A DNA stretch of 64,000 nt, taken from positions 19,592,001-19,656,000 of the forward strand of contig NC_047066.1 in assembly GCF_902459465.1 (NCBI RefSeq), read 5' to 3'. Below, in pieces: positions 61,434-64,000 of the stretch (position 1 is the stretch's first letter; each line of letters starts with the position of its first letter). Source of the stretch: Asterias rubens. Its lineage: Eukaryota. The position numbers and the translations under genes are program-made. The notes under the pieces were generated by a model that was not told the origin of the DNA, searched no databases, and saw only the letters and a list, made by a program, of their open reading frames with translations.

Positions 61434-63830
61434 CTAAACATCCGGATGGGATGTCTTGTCCGACTCTGGATGGGATGTCTTGTCCGACTCGAGGTAGTGA
61501 GGCCATGTTCGGATCTCTTTATATAGGGTCTCGCCTGGGCAGTCTGTGGGGCCGAGTTGCCTGACATCACGGTGGCCACGAAGGACGTATCTTGAGGTCA
61601 TGTAGCCTGACTTGGCACCACACTCATTCAGATCCTTTAAAACCTGAAGTACACCGGGGGTTGGCTGTAGAAATAAAATAAAATACGAGCTGTATGTTAA
61701 AATGTATGTCTTCTGGTTTAATCGTGACTTCGTATCATATCTGTCACTGAGACCTACTTCTTGAGCACAATGTAATGGTTTGCCAGTCTTTGTCAGAGGG
61801 CCCTTTTACATGCGTTACACAACGCACGGGACCAACGGCTTTACGTCCTATCCGAAGGACGAAGCATCGTGGTTAAGTGTCTTGCTTAAGGACATGGGTA
61901 TCACGACTGGAACTCGAACCCACACTGTTCATCAGAGTGATAGAGTTTGAATCCGGTGCTCTTAAAGCCATTGGACACTTTCGGTAAACAGTGTTGTCAA
62001 AAGGCCCACACTTCGTGTATCACAACTTATATATAAAATAACAAACCTGTGAAAATTTAGGCTCAATCGGTCATCGGAGTCGGGAGAAAATAACGGAAAA
62101 ATCCACCCTTGTGTCCGCACGTTTCGCCGTGTCATGACATGTGTTTAAAATAAATCCGTAATTCTCGATATCAAGAATGAATAATTGTTTTAATGTTTTC
62201 TCAAAAAGTAAAGCATTTCATGGAATAATATTTCAAGAGAAGTCTTTCACCATTACCTTCTGTAAACCTTGTAAGTTATTTGTAAATCTGTGAATTGTTT
62301 TTCTGTTTCGAAAGTGTCCAATGGCTTGAACCGCTAGGCCAAGGCACGCTGTAACTTTATTACTTATGTTAAACATTAATTTAAGAATGAGTAGACTATT
62401 CTTTATACCAGGATGTCATTGTAGTTTCCGATGATGGATGTGCCGATTGAGTGACTGTTGTAATAAGTAGATCCAGCGTGTGCTCCTACTGTGTCCCAAC
62501 CACGCCCTATGTAAACTTTCTCATCACCACCGATCAGAAAGTTGTATGCTATGTCATCCCATCCTTGGATATAACAATCAAAAACATGGAATATTAATAC
62601 CTTTTGCCAGGCCTGATATACTTCACGGATTGGTGCCGTTGAAGCTTCAGTATAAATCAGGTCTGGAATTACACCCAGGCCACGGAGGCCATTGCCTCCG
62701 TTGCCCCTGGTCTTGGCCTTGGTGCCCCTTCAAAATGTTTCCCATTGACTTTCAGATTTGTCATTGGAAGTGCCCTTTGCAAACTGTATTGCCCTTCCAA
62801 AGATGAAATTCCAGGCCTGAGAAAATAGTGTACATGCCATGGTGCCCTTGCCCTTTCAAAAACGAACCAACAGGCCTGTAATGCCACATGGTGTTTCATG
62901 TGATCTGAACAAAGGTATTTTTTAAGGCTACAACTTGGAAATCCCAAACAACAATTTTACTTCAGTGCTTGGTCCATCCAATAATTGAAAATGTTTTGAA
63001 CTTGTTTTTAACTCACTGTTGATCCTTCAGTTGTACATGCATGCTTTGGTTTTATGGCTAGTATACTTGGTTCACATTGACTATTGTTTTTACAGTGAAC
63101 TGTGTAGGGAATTATTGTACAATAGTGTATCATTATTATATTATATCAATATAAACCACAAGGGAAATTGACTGGGTAAATTTTGAAATGATTTTGGGGG
63201 TTGAACAAATAATTGACTAGAGTGGGATTCGAACCAACGACCTCTGGATTAACGTGCACGTTAATCCGGAGGTCGTTGGTTCGAATCCCACTCTAGTAAA
63301 TTCTTTGTTCCAAAATCCGGAGGTCGTTGGTTCGAATCCCACTCTAGTAAATTTTTTAACCCCCAAAATCATGATTATATTATATATAAACACAGTATAT
63401 CTAAAGGTATACAGGCCTGGAGTTTCATCTTTGAATGAATGGGGCAAATCAATTTAAATGTTTGCAAAGGGGCACTTCCATCCAGTGGAAAATCTTTTAG
63501 TCAAAGGGACAATTTGAAGGGGCACCAAGGCTAAGATCAGGGGCAATGGACTGGAGGCCATGGCCTCCATCCAGGAACAGTGTGTAATTCAAGGACTGTG
63601 TTAATAGAGAAAGTCTAATTATGTAATATTGAAGTCACCTCGTGTCACCATGTGGAAGTGTTGGAAGGAGCGCATAAGTTTTGAGCACTCTTCTTGGGTT
63701 GAGCACTGCTTTGAGGCAGTGTGGTGGACCACTGAGTACCCGACTGGGAGCACCATGTCCTGCCGTTTCTTTGGGGGTATGGCACCCCACTCAGCTCTGG
63801 TGACGAAGGTCAAATTGCTGCAGGCGGGTT
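61434..63830 (-). CDS. PGRP: PGRP-2 duplicate (exons 2-4; exon 1 expected beyond the window end)
   Basis: Exons 63639-63830, 62409-62563, 61434-61664. I found three differences from PGRP-2 in these exons, all synonymous (CTC/CTA, CGA/CGC, ACA/ACC). Confidence 0.9.
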
Positions 63831-64000
63831 CTGTATTATATAAATATCAGAGGAAAATAATCTCACTTGGGTTTGAAAGTTACGGGGGGGGGGGGAGGGG
63901 GCCACTTTTTACTGTTCTTGCCAACCCTCTCTTCCCACCTGTTTCACCGCACTGTGTTACGTTTCTTCTCACAAAAAGGGTGCAGTTTTCAGAATAGGGT

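Larger units (their letters stand above)
58831..64000. repeat. Segmental duplication, second copy of 49642-54815 (runs off the window)
   Basis: Identity starts abruptly at aatccgccacgaaaac (49642 and 58831, offset 9189) and is colinear to the window end, including nested MITEs. Scattered SNPs and short indels, roughly 1-2% by eye. Confidence 0.97.

Noticed and set aside
54432-63813. ORF-track starts MTFVTRAEWG / MTFVTRAQWG as PGRP N-termini
   Set aside because: These use a TTG inside exon 2; the splice acceptor lies just upstream and the frame continues from exon 1.

Overview
AT-rich, repeat-dense animal genomic DNA. The repeat families and gene style suggest a sea star (Asterias-like); this is recognition from memory, not a database result. 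Genes reconstructed by hand from splice sites and reading phase: (1) a mucin-like type I membrane protein gene (+, 20816-23391); (2) a CENP-Q-like gene (-, 28694-35835) head-to-head with (3) RFC2 (+, 37437-43992, 8 exons, 348 aa); (4) a minus-strand cluster of four short amidase-type peptidoglycan recognition protein (PGRP) genes (46.5-64 kb). The last PGRP copy lies in a near-identical duplication (58831-64000 copies 49642-54815) whose junction places a copy of the NF-kB-site-bearing upstream region of PGRP-1 in front of a PGRP-3 that lacks a clear first exon. The rest is mostly non-autonomous DNA transposons (several TTAA-flanked, Kolobok-like MITE families and fold-back MITEs), tRNA-derived SINE fragments and minisatellites. 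Less obvious signals: minimal Penelope-type hammerhead ribozymes (12241, 30413, decayed at 48490), a 108-bp intronic palindrome built from a tRNA-derived repeat, perfect kB sites, and a CTCF-like motif. Most short ORFs in the supplied track are repeat-derived or antisense artefacts. Kb 1-20 has no gene I can name with confidence.
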